From Alphaproteobacteria bacterium (GTDB lineage Bacteria; Pseudomonadota; Alphaproteobacteria; JABAAW01): a DNA stretch of 64,000 nt. A program made the position numbers and the translations under genes. Below, piece after piece: positions 37,786 to 48,794 of the stretch (its first letter is position 1; the number at the start of each line of letters is the position of its first letter). The stretch spans positions 2,105-66,104 of the forward strand of contig JABAAW010000003.1 of assembly GCA_014238535.1 (NCBI GenBank), in the 5' to 3' direction. The notes below the pieces were generated by a model. The model saw nothing but the letters and a program-made list of their open reading frames with translations. It did no database searches and was not told the origin of the DNA.

Positions 37786-39018
37786 TTATGGGTTGAGATT
37801 CTTGCGTAGCTGCCAGCGTGTCCATAATTCATCTAGCGCCTTTATAAGCACTTCGATGGTATCCTCTCCGTGTAGAGGGGAGGGGGTTAGGCGCAAGCGT
37901 TCGAGCCCTCGCGGTACGGTTGGGTAGTTGATTGGTTGCATGTATAGCCCATAGTCGCTAAGCAAAACATCGGATATTTTCCTGCAGATACTAGCATCAC
38001 CTATCATAACTGGCACGATGTGGCTTTCGCCGTCGATGAACGGTATTTTTTTATCGCGTAGTCGCGTTTTCAATATCTGTACATTTTGCTGCTGTCGTTC
38101 TCGTAAGTCATCTGCTGCGCTGACGACGCGCAATGCCTCGCGTGCACCTGCGACTATTACTGGTGGCAGTGATGTTGTGAAAATGAAACCGCTGCCAAGA
38201 GACCTTAGAAAATCTACGACTTTGCTAGAGGCTGCTACATACCCTCCAAAAGAACCAAAGGCTTTAGCAAGCGTGCCTTGTATTATATCAATTCTATCGC
38301 TTACTCCATCGCGCGCGGCGATCCCCGCCCCTTGCGGTCCATAAAGCCCTACAGCGTGAACCTCGTCTAGGTAGGACATGGCGTTGTACTTTTCAGCGAC
38401 TTGCAAAATTTCTTCTAACGGTGCGATATCGCCGTCCATCGAATAGACGGACTCGAAGACTATCAGTTTAGGACTTGCTGGTGCATCTTGCGCCAACAGC
38501 CGTGCTAGGTCTTTAGCATCGTTGTGCTTGAAAATACGCTTTTCTGCGCGCGATTGCCTAATCCCTTCGATAATGGAGTTATGGTTTTGCGCGTCTGAAT
38601 ATATTATCAAACCTTCGACTTGCGCTCCTAATGTTGCGAGGCAGGTGAGATTCGCGACATAGCCGCTAGAAAAAAGCAATGCTTTTTCCTTGCCATGATA
38701 TTCGGCGAGTTCTTCTTCAAGCCTTACATGGTCGCGGTGTGTTCCAGAAATGTTACGAGTCCCACCGCACCCCGCTCCGCTTTCATCGAGAGCCGCGTGC
38801 ATGGCTTTCAGCATTCCTGAATTTTGTCCAATCGCTAGGTAGTCGTTCGAGCACCACACGGTTATCTCCGTACGGCTTTTTATATCATCGCGGAACATTG
38901 CTGCGTGCGGAAAATTTCCGCACTCGCGTTGCAATGGTGTGAAAACGCGATACCGACCTTCGCGTTTAATCGACTCGATGTGCTTATCGATAACTGCGCT
39001 GAAGGCTTGCGCTACCAT
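37786..39018 (-). CDS. hemA: 5-aminolevulinate synthase
   Basis: 410 aa. [27 protein letters not shown], and SMDGD...GTLAKAFG (PLP lysine). Belongs to the alpha-oxoamine synthase family with an ALAS-specific N-terminus. Confidence 0.95.
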   Translation of the reverse strand: MVAQAFSAVIDKHIESIKREGRYRVFTPLQRECGNFPHAAMFRDDIKSRTEITVWCSNDYLAIGQNSGMLKAMHAALDESGAGCGGTRNISGTHRDHVRLEEELAEYHGKEKALLFSSGYVANLTCLATLGAQVEGLIIYSDAQNHNSIIEGIRQSRAEKRIFKHNDAKDLARLLAQDAPASPKLIVFESVYSMDGDIAPLEEILQVAEKYNAMSYLDEVHAVGLYGPQGAGIAARDGVSDRIDIIQGTLAKAFGSFGGYVAASSKVVDFLRSLGSGFIFTTSLPPVIVAGAREALRVVSAADDLRERQQQNVQILKTRLRDKKIPFIDGESHIVPVMIGDASICRKISDVLLSDYGLYMQPINYPTVPRGLERLRLTPSPLHGEDTIEVLIKALDELWTRWQLRKNLNP

Positions 39019-39190
39019 TGGAAGATATGGAAGGAGGTAGCCATAGGGGGCATTGCGGGTGGTTGCATTATATTATTGTGAAGCATATATAGTGTCGAAT
39101 TCTGCAAAACCATTGTGATTTTGTAGTATTGGCTAGGCTATTGTAGTTTTTGCTTATAGTATGAGCAAGGAATTTGCAAAAGGTCTTTAG

Positions 39191-39367
39191 ATGAAATTAT
39201 CTTGGCAAGCCTTTTTACGAAGGCGTCGAAAGAAGCGCGTCCATGCGCGAGAAGAACAGCTTCCGCAACCACCTCGACCAGCTGTGAGCGAAATTGGCGG
39301 TCCGAGTGGAGCCGAGCCCACTCGTTATGGGGATTGGGAACGCAAAGGACGTTGCATCGATTTTTAA
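39191..39367 (+). CDS. DUF1674 small protein (SDHAF4-like)
   Basis: 58-codon ORF, below the ORF-track cutoff: MKLSWQAFLRRRRKKRVHAREEQLPQPPRPAVSEIGGPSGAEPTRYGDWERKGRCIDF. The C-terminal EPTRYGDWE.KGR..DF is the family signature. Confidence 0.8.
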   Translation: MKLSWQAFLRRRRKKRVHAREEQLPQPPRPAVSEIGGPSGAEPTRYGDWERKGRCIDF

Positions 39368-39384
39368 GCCAAACAGCCAGCTGG

Positions 39385-40596
39385 TTAGTATAGCCCATCA
39401 GAATATCCTGGCACTTGCATATTATGATGAGCGTGAATACTGCCTTCAGGCGCACTTCGACTCTCCGCCTCTATGCGTTGTTGCCAATCTGGTACGCTCT
39501 GTTCGATGAATTTATGTAGGTCGGAAAACAGCGGCTCTTCTTCTAGGCGTCGCGCGCAGTTCTTTGCTACGCGCGCAAGCCACGCTCCATAGCGGTTTCT
39601 GCCGCGTTTATATAACAGACGATAGAGGATGCCCATCATGCGGATGTCGCGATGTAGCGCGCAAAGTTTGTAATGGCGCGCGGCGGAGTGTTGTTCGCGT
39701 TTTTGCGATTTAAAGGCGTTGCAATACTGCGTCCACAGTTCTTCGCGCCATGCGCGAGGCATAGACCATAGTCCATCTTCGAGCAACGAGACAACATCGT
39801 AACAGCGGGGTGCGAAGTGCGCGTCTTGGAAGTCGATGAAGGCGCAAGAATGAGCTTCGCCGCTCGGGTTCGAGGTAGCGTCATCAAGCACGAACATGTT
39901 CTCGATGTGAATATCGCCTAGCGCGATTGTTATCTCTTCGCGCTGAAATCTCGCCTCGCGGTAGAGTTTCTGCCAAATGCCTTGCCAAATAACGAGCGAG
40001 GCACCATCTGCCGTTTTTCCGACTTCCGTGCTTTGAGGTGAAATAAAAAAATCGTAAAACGGCGCAGTCTGTTCGACGAATCGGTGCTCGCTGAAGGCAG
40101 GTAAAGAATCTTGCACAGGTAAAAAATACTCATTCAAGTCCCTAGAAAAGTCACCTCCGTTTTCTTGCGTGTTATCAAGCGTTGCTATACGCAACAGGCT
40201 GCGCAACGCGCTCGTAAAAAGCTCGCGGCAATTCGCTTGCGTGCGAGCAAGCAAGTAACTTGCGTAGCTCCTATCGCCAAAGTCTTCGATGATTGCGCAT
40301 TGGTTGGCAAAGTCGAGCCCCTCGATGCGTGGTACGCGCAAACCCATGGCGGCAAAAAATTTCGATAATCGCTCTAGCCGCTGTAAATAAGGTTGCGCAA
40401 GGTTGGTTTTATCGGCACGCGCGTCTATAAAAATCGCGCTCGTGCCGACGCCAAACAAGCGGAAAACTCGTCGCTCCGAACCCGACAGCGGTAGCAGTCG
40501 AACTTGACTGTCTGTATGATTTTGCGATTGCGCCTCGCGCCACTCGCGCAAGATTCTTGTTGGCGGTAAGTTTTCCGCGCAGGTTTGAAGGCTCAC
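39385..40596 (-). CDS. aminoglycoside-phosphotransferase-fold kinase, AmgK-like (possible MurNAc/GlcNAc anomeric kinase)
   Basis: 403 aa with a GTG start in a GTGA overlap with the ftsH stop. [10 protein letters not shown] (catalytic loop) and [22 protein letters not shown], as in AmgK-type kinases. No murU gene is adjacent. Confidence 0.6.
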   Translation of the reverse strand: MSLQTCAENLPPTRILREWREAQSQNHTDSQVRLLPLSGSERRVFRLFGVGTSAIFIDARADKTNLAQPYLQRLERLSKFFAAMGLRVPRIEGLDFANQCAIIEDFGDRSYASYLLARTQANCRELFTSALRSLLRIATLDNTQENGGDFSRDLNEYFLPVQDSLPAFSEHRFVEQTAPFYDFFISPQSTEVGKTADGASLVIWQGIWQKLYREARFQREEITIALGDIHIENMFVLDDATSNPSGEAHSCAFIDFQDAHFAPRCYDVVSLLEDGLWSMPRAWREELWTQYCNAFKSQKREQHSAARHYKLCALHRDIRMMGILYRLLYKRGRNRYGAWLARVAKNCARRLEEEPLFSDLHKFIEQSVPDWQQRIEAESRSAPEGSIHAHHNMQVPGYSDGLY

Positions 40597-42500
40597 CCTG
40601 CTTGCGGCTTTACTTTCATTCCTGCGATGGAAGATTCGGGGATGCTCGTACGTTGTTTCGTAACTTTCTGCGGAGCGCGCTTTTTTTTGTCACGCTGTAG
40701 TGTGCCCCCTGCCAATAGGTCATTGATATCTTCACCGCTCAGCGTTTCGTATTTAAGCAGTGCTTTGGCGAGTGAATGCAGTTGTTTGTTATTCTTCTTC
40801 AATATTTTTGCGCAATCATTATAAGCCTTATCGATTATCCGTTTGGCTTCCTTGTCGATAGCATTAGCGGTTGCTTCGGACACATTTTGCTGCCGCGCGA
40901 TGGAATGCCCTAGGAATACCTCCTCTTGGTTTTCATGGTAACGGATGGGACCCAGCTCCTGCGACATCCCCCATTCGGTGACCATCTTTCTTGCAATCGA
41001 GGTTGCCTGCTGAATATCACTTGAGGCTCCAGTTGTTATTTTTTCACTGCCGAAAACCATCTCCTCAGCGATGCGACCGCCCATAGCAACTATCATATTA
41101 GCTTCTAGCTGGTCTTTCGCCATTGCAATATGGTCGCGGTCCGGCAGTCGCATTACCATACCTAGCGCGCGTCCGCGTGGAATTATGGTTGCTTTATGCA
41201 CAGGGTCTGAGGCAGGGCAATGGATTGCGGCAATCGCATGTCCGCTTTCGTGGTATGCGGTTAGTTTTTTCTCTTCATCGGACATCACCATCGATTTTCT
41301 CTCGCTACCCATCAAAACCTTATCCTTAGCGTCTTCCAGTTCTTGCAATGTCACGAGTCGCTTGTCTCGTCTTGCCGCAAGTAGGGCTGCCTCGTTGATA
41401 AGGTTGGCGAGGTCGGCGCCAGAAAATCCAGGTGTTCCTCGAGCAATTTGTCTAACATTGACATTCGGTGCTTGCGGAACTTTGCGCAAATGCACTTGCA
41501 ATATTTTTTCACGCCCATCGATATCTGGGTTAGGTACCACAACCTGCCTATCGAAGCGTCCTGGTCTCAACAGTGCTGGGTCGAGTACATCGGGTCGGTT
41601 GGTAGCCGAAATTAGAATTACTCCTTCGTTGGTTTCAAAGCCATCCATTTCAACCAGCAGTTGGTTTAGGGTTTGTTCGCGCTCGTCGTTCCCGCCACCT
41701 AGCCCTGCTCCGCGATGTCTGCCGACGGCGTCTATCTCATCGACAAAGATTATACATGGTGCATTTTTTTTGCCTTGCTCGAACATATCGCGCACGCGCG
41801 ATGCGCCAACGCCGACGAACATCTCAACGAAATCAGAGCCCGATATCGTGAAGAAAGGCACATCAGCCTCGCCAGCAACGGCTCTTGCCAGTAGCGTTTT
41901 GCCAGTTCCCGGCGGACCTATTAACAACACGCCTTTCGGAATCTTACCGCCTAAACGCTGGAATTTCTTAGGATCGCGCAAGAAGGATATTATTTCTTCT
42001 AGTTCTTCTTTAGCTTCCTCGATTCCTGCGACATCATCGAATGTTACTCGTTCGGTTTTCTCCGTTAGCATGCGCGCACGCGAACGCCCAAAGCCCAAGG
42101 CCTTGCCGCCAGCTCCTTGCATCTGTCGCATGAAGAATACCCATACGCCCACGAGCAACAGCATAGGGAACCATTGGATTAGGATATACAGTAGCGACGG
42201 GCCATCGTCCGGCGGCTCGACAACAATGTCTACTTCCGCATCGGTTAGTTTTTCTACCAAGTTAGGGTCGTCCGGCGAATAAGTCTTAAAGCGTTCACCT
42301 GTCTTGGTCGTGCCGATGATGTTCCTGCCCTCCATTCGCACAGAGACAACTTGCGAGGCAGAAACCGAGTTCAAAAACTGCGTGTAAGTGATAGTGCGCG
42401 CGTTCGCGTCTTTCGGTCTTCTTTGAAAAGAGTTGAAAAGAACAGCCAAAGAGGCGATGACAAGAAGCCAAATAATTATATTTCGTCCAAAAGGTTTCAT
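40593..42500 (-). CDS. ftsH: ATP-dependent zinc metalloprotease FtsH
   Basis: 635 aa. Two N-terminal TM helices, [29 protein letters not shown] region, and the zinc site HESGHA. Confidence 0.97.
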   Translation of the reverse strand: MKPFGRNIIIWLLVIASLAVLFNSFQRRPKDANARTITYTQFLNSVSASQVVSVRMEGRNIIGTTKTGERFKTYSPDDPNLVEKLTDAEVDIVVEPPDDGPSLLYILIQWFPMLLLVGVWVFFMRQMQGAGGKALGFGRSRARMLTEKTERVTFDDVAGIEEAKEELEEIISFLRDPKKFQRLGGKIPKGVLLIGPPGTGKTLLARAVAGEADVPFFTISGSDFVEMFVGVGASRVRDMFEQGKKNAPCIIFVDEIDAVGRHRGAGLGGGNDEREQTLNQLLVEMDGFETNEGVILISATNRPDVLDPALLRPGRFDRQVVVPNPDIDGREKILQVHLRKVPQAPNVNVRQIARGTPGFSGADLANLINEAALLAARRDKRLVTLQELEDAKDKVLMGSERKSMVMSDEEKKLTAYHESGHAIAAIHCPASDPVHKATIIPRGRALGMVMRLPDRDHIAMAKDQLEANMIVAMGGRIAEEMVFGSEKITTGASSDIQQATSIARKMVTEWGMSQELGPIRYHENQEEVFLGHSIARQQNVSEATANAIDKEAKRIIDKAYNDCAKILKKNNKQLHSLAKALLKYETLSGEDINDLLAGGTLQRDKKKRAPQKVTKQRTSIPESSIAGMKVKPQAG

Positions 42501-42640
42501 GACAAGTATGACTCACAAAATAGGCTGTTCTACGGGCCGATGCACGTTAGCTAAAAAGGTTTCCATAAGAGGTTTCTTAGCGCGCGGATACGCTTTAAAT
42601 ATGCTAGCAAAGTAGATACTTTTCAAGGGGTGAAAAAAAG

Positions 42641-44161
42641 TTAAATAACAAAATCAGTTACAGCAATTCTATGTAGGTTTTGTTGCTGGACGCTCTCCCA
42701 TCTCAGGCGAGGAAGGTAGGCGCATTCTTGCATAGAAAGCCAACTCGTCGCGGTTGTAGCTCCTGTTGTTAGTTTGCTGTGTTTGTATATCCCAAGTGTC
42801 GGTAGTGCGAGAAGCTGGTTTTTTAGCCAAAAAGAAGGACAAACAGCACGCGCACGCGCAGGCAATCCCTCGAACTTGGCAATCATCGATGCAAGGCTCT
42901 CGCAATATTGGCTGTCCGCGCTTGCGTTGTTTTTTGCTATCGTTCTTAGTTGCTCGATACCATCGCGTGCTAATGCCTGACATGTGATTCGGGCAAGCTG
43001 ATGCTTTTTCTTACAGCGAGTAGCAAGAGGTGGTAATAACCGATAGCGTCCATCCCATAGTTTGCCGCGATGCAAACCATCCCAAAGAGAAATAGACGAT
43101 AGCGCGAGTTGTGCGCGTACGATAAAAAAATCATGCTCTGCAGTAGATTGCTTTTTTCTAACCTTCGCAAAAAGCACAGTTCGTCCGAGCGAAAGTGTAT
43201 GCGAGGTAGTGCTATCCGTTAATTTTTTTTGCCATATAGGCAAGGTGTGGAGAATCTGATTGGTTCGCACATGCATACCGCCAACCCTATGGGCTAGTAG
43301 CGATAAGAGGCGTTGCGCGGGCTTTACCTTCAATGCAAGAAAAGCTCGACTCGCAATACGCGCATAACCTTCCGCATAGAATGTAACATAACGGCTTATG
43401 AAGTACTCCAGTGTCTCGTCTATAGTGTCGTTCTCGCGTATAATTTTTTTGCAAGCTACGATGATAGATTGCTTTTCTTTTTCCGTTTTCTTCTCCGCGT
43501 CTAGCGCTAGGCGTAGTTCGTTGCGCGCATAGCGGGGGGAGCGATTGGATGGGTCCTCTAGCCATTCTACATTTTGCGAAAGCAACCAGTCGCGCAAGAC
43601 TTGCCGCCTCGTTCCTAGTAGAGGTCTGATAAGGCGTGTGTGCATTAGTGGCACTACTTCACGCATCGCTCCGCTGGCGCGTATCTTATTCGCCTTTCTT
43701 AATAAAAAGGTTTCTATTTGGTCATCTTGCGTATGCCCAAATGCCAAATTAAGGACGCCATTTTTACGACACCATTCTTGGCAGACCGCGATACGAAAAT
43801 GGCGCATATTCTGTTGTATGTTGCCTCGCATGCTGGCAAATGATTGCACGAAGGGTTGTGATGAAAGAATATACGCCGAGAGCTCAAATCGTTGCTCGAT
43901 AAGCTGCTGTAGTTTTTCGCATTCGCTTTTACTATCCTCGCGCATGGAATGGTCGCATATTAGAGCAGTGATGCGCGCTCGGTATTTTTCGCCTATCGAT
44001 GCCGAAAAGGTTTTTTGCCACCACGCCTTGCACAGCAGTAGTAAAGCGAGCGAATCACCACCGCCCGAACAAGCAACAGCGATATGCGGCTTGTCCTCCA
44101 GCTGCCCGATGCGAGCAAATACTTGCGTTATCTGTTCTAGCGGGCTGGGGGATGCTTTCAA
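42641..44161 (-). CDS. tilS: tRNA(Ile)-lysidine synthetase
   Basis: 506 aa. PP-loop IAVACSGGGDSLALL and GHTQDDQIETFLLR. The cpoB-tilS-ftsH order is conserved. Confidence 0.85.
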   Translation of the reverse strand: MKASPSPLEQITQVFARIGQLEDKPHIAVACSGGGDSLALLLLCKAWWQKTFSASIGEKYRARITALICDHSMREDSKSECEKLQQLIEQRFELSAYILSSQPFVQSFASMRGNIQQNMRHFRIAVCQEWCRKNGVLNLAFGHTQDDQIETFLLRKANKIRASGAMREVVPLMHTRLIRPLLGTRRQVLRDWLLSQNVEWLEDPSNRSPRYARNELRLALDAEKKTEKEKQSIIVACKKIIRENDTIDETLEYFISRYVTFYAEGYARIASRAFLALKVKPAQRLLSLLAHRVGGMHVRTNQILHTLPIWQKKLTDSTTSHTLSLGRTVLFAKVRKKQSTAEHDFFIVRAQLALSSISLWDGLHRGKLWDGRYRLLPPLATRCKKKHQLARITCQALARDGIEQLRTIAKNNASADSQYCESLASMIAKFEGLPARARAVCPSFWLKNQLLALPTLGIYKHSKLTTGATTATSWLSMQECAYLPRLRWESVQQQNLHRIAVTDFVI

Positions 44162-44241
44162 TTATTATAGAGTAACGAGTAGAAGCTGCTAATGCCTACA
44201 AGGCTTGCCTATATCCTTCTCTGCGCGGTTTAGCCTAATCG

Positions 44242-45258
44242 CTAAGCACCGCAAGAATTGGTGGCTATTTCCGATTCGACTATGCGGGTTAACTGCTCGT
44301 CTGCTTTGTCGAAGCGTTTTTTGAACTCCTTTAATACTCGGCAAGCCTGTTTAGTTTTTTTTACCTTCGCCAAAGTTTGCCCAAGGCGCAATAGTAGTTT
44401 AGGCGCGAAATCACCATTACGATTTTTTTTGTAGCCATCTAAAAAGGCACTTATCGCTTTTTTGTCGTCTTGCATTACGCTATAACTTTCCCCCAAATAA
44501 AACATCGCCTCTGCGGTTCGCTTATCTGTCGGGTTTTGGCGCACGAATTCTTCGAAAGCCCTTATGGCTTGCTCGACTTTCCTAGCTCGTAAAAAATTTT
44601 GTGCCACCGTAAATTGATTACTCGCTGACCCTAATCCTCTACTTCCATCCCCTCTACCGTCATCGCTTTGCGCTATCGCTCCATCTTTCGAGACGCCGAA
44701 GCGTTCTAGTAACTCGAGGCGGGCGGTAAGGTCGGTTATGGTGTGCTCCATCACTCGTAAGCGTTCTTGTAGCATCGCCATTATCGCAATCCACGGCTTG
44801 TTGCCCTTCGCGTCGTTTGAGGAGGCAGCGCCCTCGTCTAATTTACCAGCAAGACTACTCAGGTCTTTGAAGTCCTTAGCTAGGCGTTCGATTTTCTCTT
44901 GCAGGTTATCTATCTGTTGCTGTGCTGGGGGTTTTTTGGTTACACTTTTGCTCTGGCTAGCCTCTGCCTTGCTTGCCTCCAGTGTAATGGTATCTATCGT
45001 GTCTGCTGTTTGCGCCTCGACTGCGTTTGGCGCTAGTTGTAAAAATAGGGCTAATACAACAGCAATGAGTGCGAAAGCATAGCTTACGCTATAGAATTTA
45101 TTTCGGAATTTATTTCGGAATAGGCTAAGGCTACTGAGCAAAGTAGCAAACAAACCACTACAGGAACCTCCGCCACGAGGGCGTGAGGTTCCATAGTGAT
45201 GATATTCTACGATTGGCGCGCGGGCATCCTTGACTACTAGTACACTTGGTATTGGCAT
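44242..45258 (-). CDS. cpoB: Tol-Pal system protein CpoB/YbgF
   Basis: 338 aa. Signal/anchor region, coiled-coil segment, and a C-terminal TPR block (FEEFVRQNP...AMFYLGESY...LLRLGQTLAK). Start uncertain. Confidence 0.8.
   Translation of the reverse strand: MPIPSVLVVKDARAPIVEYHHYGTSRPRGGGSCSGLFATLLSSLSLFRNKFRNKFYSVSYAFALIAVVLALFLQLAPNAVEAQTADTIDTITLEASKAEASQSKSVTKKPPAQQQIDNLQEKIERLAKDFKDLSSLAGKLDEGAASSNDAKGNKPWIAIMAMLQERLRVMEHTITDLTARLELLERFGVSKDGAIAQSDDGRGDGSRGLGSASNQFTVAQNFLRARKVEQAIRAFEEFVRQNPTDKRTAEAMFYLGESYSVMQDDKKAISAFLDGYKKNRNGDFAPKLLLRLGQTLAKVKKTKQACRVLKEFKKRFDKADEQLTRIVESEIATNSCGA
45094..45121 (-). repeat. in-frame 12-bp tandem repeat, about 2.3 copies, in the 5-prime part of cpoB
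   Basis: gaatttatttcg / gaatttatttcg / gaat on the plus strand, encoding FRNK-FRNK-F on the minus strand. Confidence 0.9.
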
Positions 45259-45347
45259 TTTCGATTCTGCCTTTACCGATGCATTCGTTAGTAGGCTACT
45301 TCGCTTGCGCTCGCATCGTATTTTTTCTTTCAGCGCGCTATCGTTTT

Positions 45348-45845
45348 CTAGTTGGTTGAGACAACGACATCACGGCGATTTTTTGCCCAAGCGGCTTCGT
45401 TGCTCTCTGCGACTGCAGGGCATTCTTCACCGTAGGTTATTGTTTCGATATTCGCGCCATCGGCACCCATAGAAACGAGTTGTGATTTTAGGCTTGCCGC
45501 GCGGCGTTCGCCCAACGCGAGGTTATATTCACGAGTTCCGCGCTCGTCGGCATTGCCCTCGATGCGGATACGCGATCTTTTGTTTTTACTCAATACCTTC
45601 GCTTGTGCTTCGGCTGCTGACATTCCTTCAGTTTTTAAGTCGGATTGATCAAGGTCGAAATAGACTTGAGTGCCCGCCTTCTCCAATGCTTCGATGACTC
45701 TTTTCTTGCCTTCTACTTTGGTACCACAGCTATCGCTATTGGCCATCATCATACCTTTATCACCACTTTGGGCAGCGGTAGCGCATCCTGCGACTAATGT
45801 TATGGCTAGAACTGCAGCTAGCCCTGTTTTTTCTTTGAAAATCAT
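45348..45845 (-). CDS. pal: peptidoglycan-associated lipoprotein Pal
   Basis: 165 aa. Lipobox LVAGC. OmpA-like domain VYFDLDQSDL, IEGNADERGTREYNLALGERRA, NRRDVVV. Confidence 0.9.
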   Translation of the reverse strand: MIFKEKTGLAAVLAITLVAGCATAAQSGDKGMMMANSDSCGTKVEGKKRVIEALEKAGTQVYFDLDQSDLKTEGMSAAEAQAKVLSKNKRSRIRIEGNADERGTREYNLALGERRAASLKSQLVSMGADGANIETITYGEECPAVAESNEAAWAKNRRDVVVSTN

Positions 45846-46407
45846 AGTGTTCTCCTAATTGTTGTGTGTAGTTGCTTGTGGATCGTTCTCTCGTTGGAAC
45901 AGCCGCTATAAACATATTCGCCTGCATACACATCTGCATGTAGACTGTGGACTTATGTTTTCAGGTAGCTGTTCGTGTAAAAAACCAATTCGTGCTCTAT
46001 GTTATACTCGATGTTATATTTGTTAGTTACTATTTATTGGTTACATTTGCCTTTGAATAGCACTCGCGCCATTCTTCAGAAACGTTTAAATAAGTAACTT
46101 CTAGCGAGCAATGTTACAAACCGATTCGCCATTAGTCAACATTACAGTTGCTATAATAACTATACGCTATTCTTTTTGGTTGTGCGGTGAGGGTGCAAGC
46201 ATGGATGATATAGGGGTATGGCAGACTTCAAGGTGGGGGGCTAGGTAATTACTGTTTGTTGCGTTTTCTACTCTTTTCTTACCCTTGTTATTTTTTGGCT
46301 TGACAAGGTACGGGGAGCGTGTTTCTTATTTTTCTTTTCGACCTATTTTATTACTAGGTTTTCGGCATTTCCGTATTAAGTATAATTCACTAAAATTAGG
46401 TATAACT

Positions 46408-47544
46408 ATGGATTCTTTGATGGACTTTTTTGCACCTTTTTTACGAATCAATACTAGGTGTATTTCTTTGTGGCGTACTTCTTCTGAACGCGTTGCTATT
46501 GCATTCCTTATCGTTTTTGGCACTTTGCTATTGCCTGCTCTCTTATCTGTCGAAGAGGTTTCTGCACGCGAGCGTATAAGAATCGTTGGCTCGTCGACGG
46601 TATTTCCGTTTGCGACGGTGGTTGCTGAGCGCTTTGCTCTTGCCAAAGGATTAGCCCCACCGATCGTAGAATCGACAGGCACTGGTGGCGGTATAAAACT
46701 TTTTTGTAGTGGTGCGAGTAGCTCTCGCCCCGACATCGTCAACGCTTCGTCTCGCATAACTCCATCGCAGTTACAGCTTTGCATTAAGAATGGTGTCAAT
46801 GAGGTTGTTGAGGTTGCCATCGGCTACGATGGTATAGTGATAGCTCAAGCACGCGAGAGTAAGCAGATGGGATTGACCTTGCGACAGCTGTATTTGGCGT
46901 TGGCAAAACAGGTGCCGAGTGCGTCCGACGGGTTTATGGCAAACCCATATCATAAGTGGAGTGATATCGATTCGTCATTACCACCGATAGTGATAGAAGT
47001 TATGGGACCTCCTCCTACCTCTGGAACGCGTATTGCGTTTAACGAAAATGTCATGGACATCGGTGCGCGTAGTTTTCCTCGCCTTGCGGCTTTACGCCGA
47101 AGTGATAAGTCGGCCTTCAAAAAGGCGGTTTACGCTCTACGCGAGGATGGTGCATACATCGATAGCGGTGAAAATGATAACTTGATCGTGCAAAAGCTTC
47201 GCCGTAATCCAAAAGCTTTAGGAATTTTCGGCTTCAGTTTTTTAGATAAAAACCGCTCGATTCTGCGCGGGTTGAAGATAGAAAATATATCGCCCGAGTT
47301 TGCTAACATAGCCGATGGTAGCTATCCTATCGCGCGCTCTTTGTATTTTTATATTAATGCTATGCATGATGATAAGATTTCGAATTTGCTCGACTATGCT
47401 AATACCTTTTTTGGCGACGAAGCGATAAGCGAGGATGGTTTTCTTATCGACGAGGGGCTCATTCCTCTGCCTGACGCAGAGTTGAAGCGTGTTCGTTATA
47501 GCATCTCGTCCATGCGCACCATCAGTGCCGCGGATTTAAAGTAA
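46408..47544 (+). CDS. pstS: phosphate ABC transporter substrate-binding protein (PstS family)
   Basis: ATG at 46408. Signal-like N-terminus, IRIVGSSTVFPF, GTGGGIK, and SGTR motifs of PBP-like 2 phosphate binders. The ORF-track start at 46285 is judged too long. Confidence 0.85.
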   Translation: MDSLMDFFAPFLRINTRCISLWRTSSERVAIAFLIVFGTLLLPALLSVEEVSARERIRIVGSSTVFPFATVVAERFALAKGLAPPIVESTGTGGGIKLFCSGASSSRPDIVNASSRITPSQLQLCIKNGVNEVVEVAIGYDGIVIAQARESKQMGLTLRQLYLALAKQVPSASDGFMANPYHKWSDIDSSLPPIVIEVMGPPPTSGTRIAFNENVMDIGARSFPRLAALRRSDKSAFKKAVYALREDGAYIDSGENDNLIVQKLRRNPKALGIFGFSFLDKNRSILRGLKIENISPEFANIADGSYPIARSLYFYINAMHDDKISNLLDYANTFFGDEAISEDGFLIDEGLIPLPDAELKRVRYSISSMRTISAADLK

Positions 47545-47576
47545 TCACTTGGCTTTTAAATAAGTAGATAAAGAAG

Positions 47577-48794
47577 GTGGCGTTTGTAACGAGCGTGTTC
47601 GTCTTTAGTGCGCTTGCTGGATTAGTAGTATATTTGCACACCTTTGCCCGAAGTCGTTCCTTCTTGCGTATAGATTCGTATAGCTTTCCTAACGCGAGCA
47701 TGCTGGTTGGCTTTGGCGCGGCTTTGCTAGTCGCTGTTACTTTGCTTGGCATACCTTCTCTGTTATCGCCTTTAGCGTCGTCGGTCGTGCGCTCGCCGTT
47801 AGTGGTTGTTGCACTTTGTGCTCTTGTCGGTGCGTGCGCGGTGTTTATCTTCGTGCGCTATGCGCCACGAAACTTTCCTGCACACAAGATGGTTGAGATT
47901 AGCGCGCGGGCGATATTATTTTTGTCATCAACAGTCGCTGTTGCGACTACTATCGCCATAGTCGTGTCGTTGCTGTTCGAAACGCTACGCTTCCTAGAAG
48001 ATGTGCCGTTGTTCGATTTTCTTTTTGGCTTGCATTGGAGTCCGCAGACTGCTCTTTTCGAAGATGAGGTCGGCTCGTCGGGAGCATTTGGAGCCGTGCC
48101 CGTAATTTTGGGAACTCTGTTGATAACCTTTATAGCCATCGCAGTCGCCGTGCCCATAGGTCTATTCGCAGCTATCTATCTATCCGAATTCGCTAAAAGT
48201 AGCACTAGGTCTATCGTGAAACCTCTTTTAGAAATATTGTCTGGTATCCCAACCGTTGTTTATGGTTTTTTTGCAGCACTCGTACTTGCACCCACTATTC
48301 GTGTTTTTGGTGAAGCCATAGGTTTGCAAGTGGCAAGCGAGAGTGCTCTTGCCGCAGGTCTTGTCATGGGGGTTATGCTTATACCATTCATCTCCTCACT
48401 TTCAGATGATGCGCTGAAAGCGGTTCCGCGCGATTTGCGCGATGCCTCATTAGCATTAGGGGCAACGCAAGGCGAAACCATCGCTAAGGTGGTTTTGCCA
48501 GCCGCATTCCCAGGCGTGTTGGCAGGCGTTCTATTAGCCTTTTCGCGCGCGATCGGTGAGACGATGATAGTCGTCATGGCAGCAGGGTTGGCGGCAAAAC
48601 TTACCTTCAACCCCCTAGCTGCACCGACAACTATAACAGTACAGATCGTAACCCTGCTAGTAGGCGACCAAGAGTTCGATAGTAGTAAAACCTTATCGGC
48701 TTTCGCACTAGGCATGCTTTTGTTTTGCATAACCTTGATAATTAACGCTTCTGCTCTTTTTGCGACTCGCCGCTACGGCGCACGTTACGAATGA
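47577..48794 (+). CDS. pstC: phosphate ABC transporter permease PstC
   Basis: 405 aa, GTG start, polytopic, with an EAA-type loop (DALKAVPRDLRDASLALGATQGETI). Confidence 0.9.
   Translation: MAFVTSVFVFSALAGLVVYLHTFARSRSFLRIDSYSFPNASMLVGFGAALLVAVTLLGIPSLLSPLASSVVRSPLVVVALCALVGACAVFIFVRYAPRNFPAHKMVEISARAILFLSSTVAVATTIAIVVSLLFETLRFLEDVPLFDFLFGLHWSPQTALFEDEVGSSGAFGAVPVILGTLLITFIAIAVAVPIGLFAAIYLSEFAKSSTRSIVKPLLEILSGIPTVVYGFFAALVLAPTIRVFGEAIGLQVASESALAAGLVMGVMLIPFISSLSDDALKAVPRDLRDASLALGATQGETIAKVVLPAAFPGVLAGVLLAFSRAIGETMIVVMAAGLAAKLTFNPLAAPTTITVQIVTLLVGDQEFDSSKTLSAFALGMLLFCITLIINASALFATRRYGARYE

Noticed and set aside
39138-39455. 105-aa minus-strand ORF in the hemA/kinase intergenic area.
   Set aside because: It overlaps the plus-strand 58-codon ORF that ends in the DUF1674 signature EPTRYGDWERKGRCIDF. 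The signature-bearing frame is the far better explanation.
41071-42282. 403-aa ORF on the plus strand, opposite ftsH.
   Set aside because: It lies entirely antisense to the strongly conserved FtsH AAA/protease core. Its translation is Ser/Pro/Arg-rich low-complexity sequence with no motif. This is a typical shadow frame of a codon-biased gene.
46111-46157. Possible Pho box: TGTTACA / AGTCAAC-like heptamers at 11-bp spacing just upstream of a TATAAT (46152-46157) in the pal-pstS gap.
   Set aside because: The repeats match the CTGTCAT consensus poorly. The site is about 250 bp from the pstS ATG. Other promoter-like hexamers (TTGACA at 46300, TATAAT at 46381) lie closer. I cannot distinguish it from chance in A+T-rich DNA without a matrix scan.
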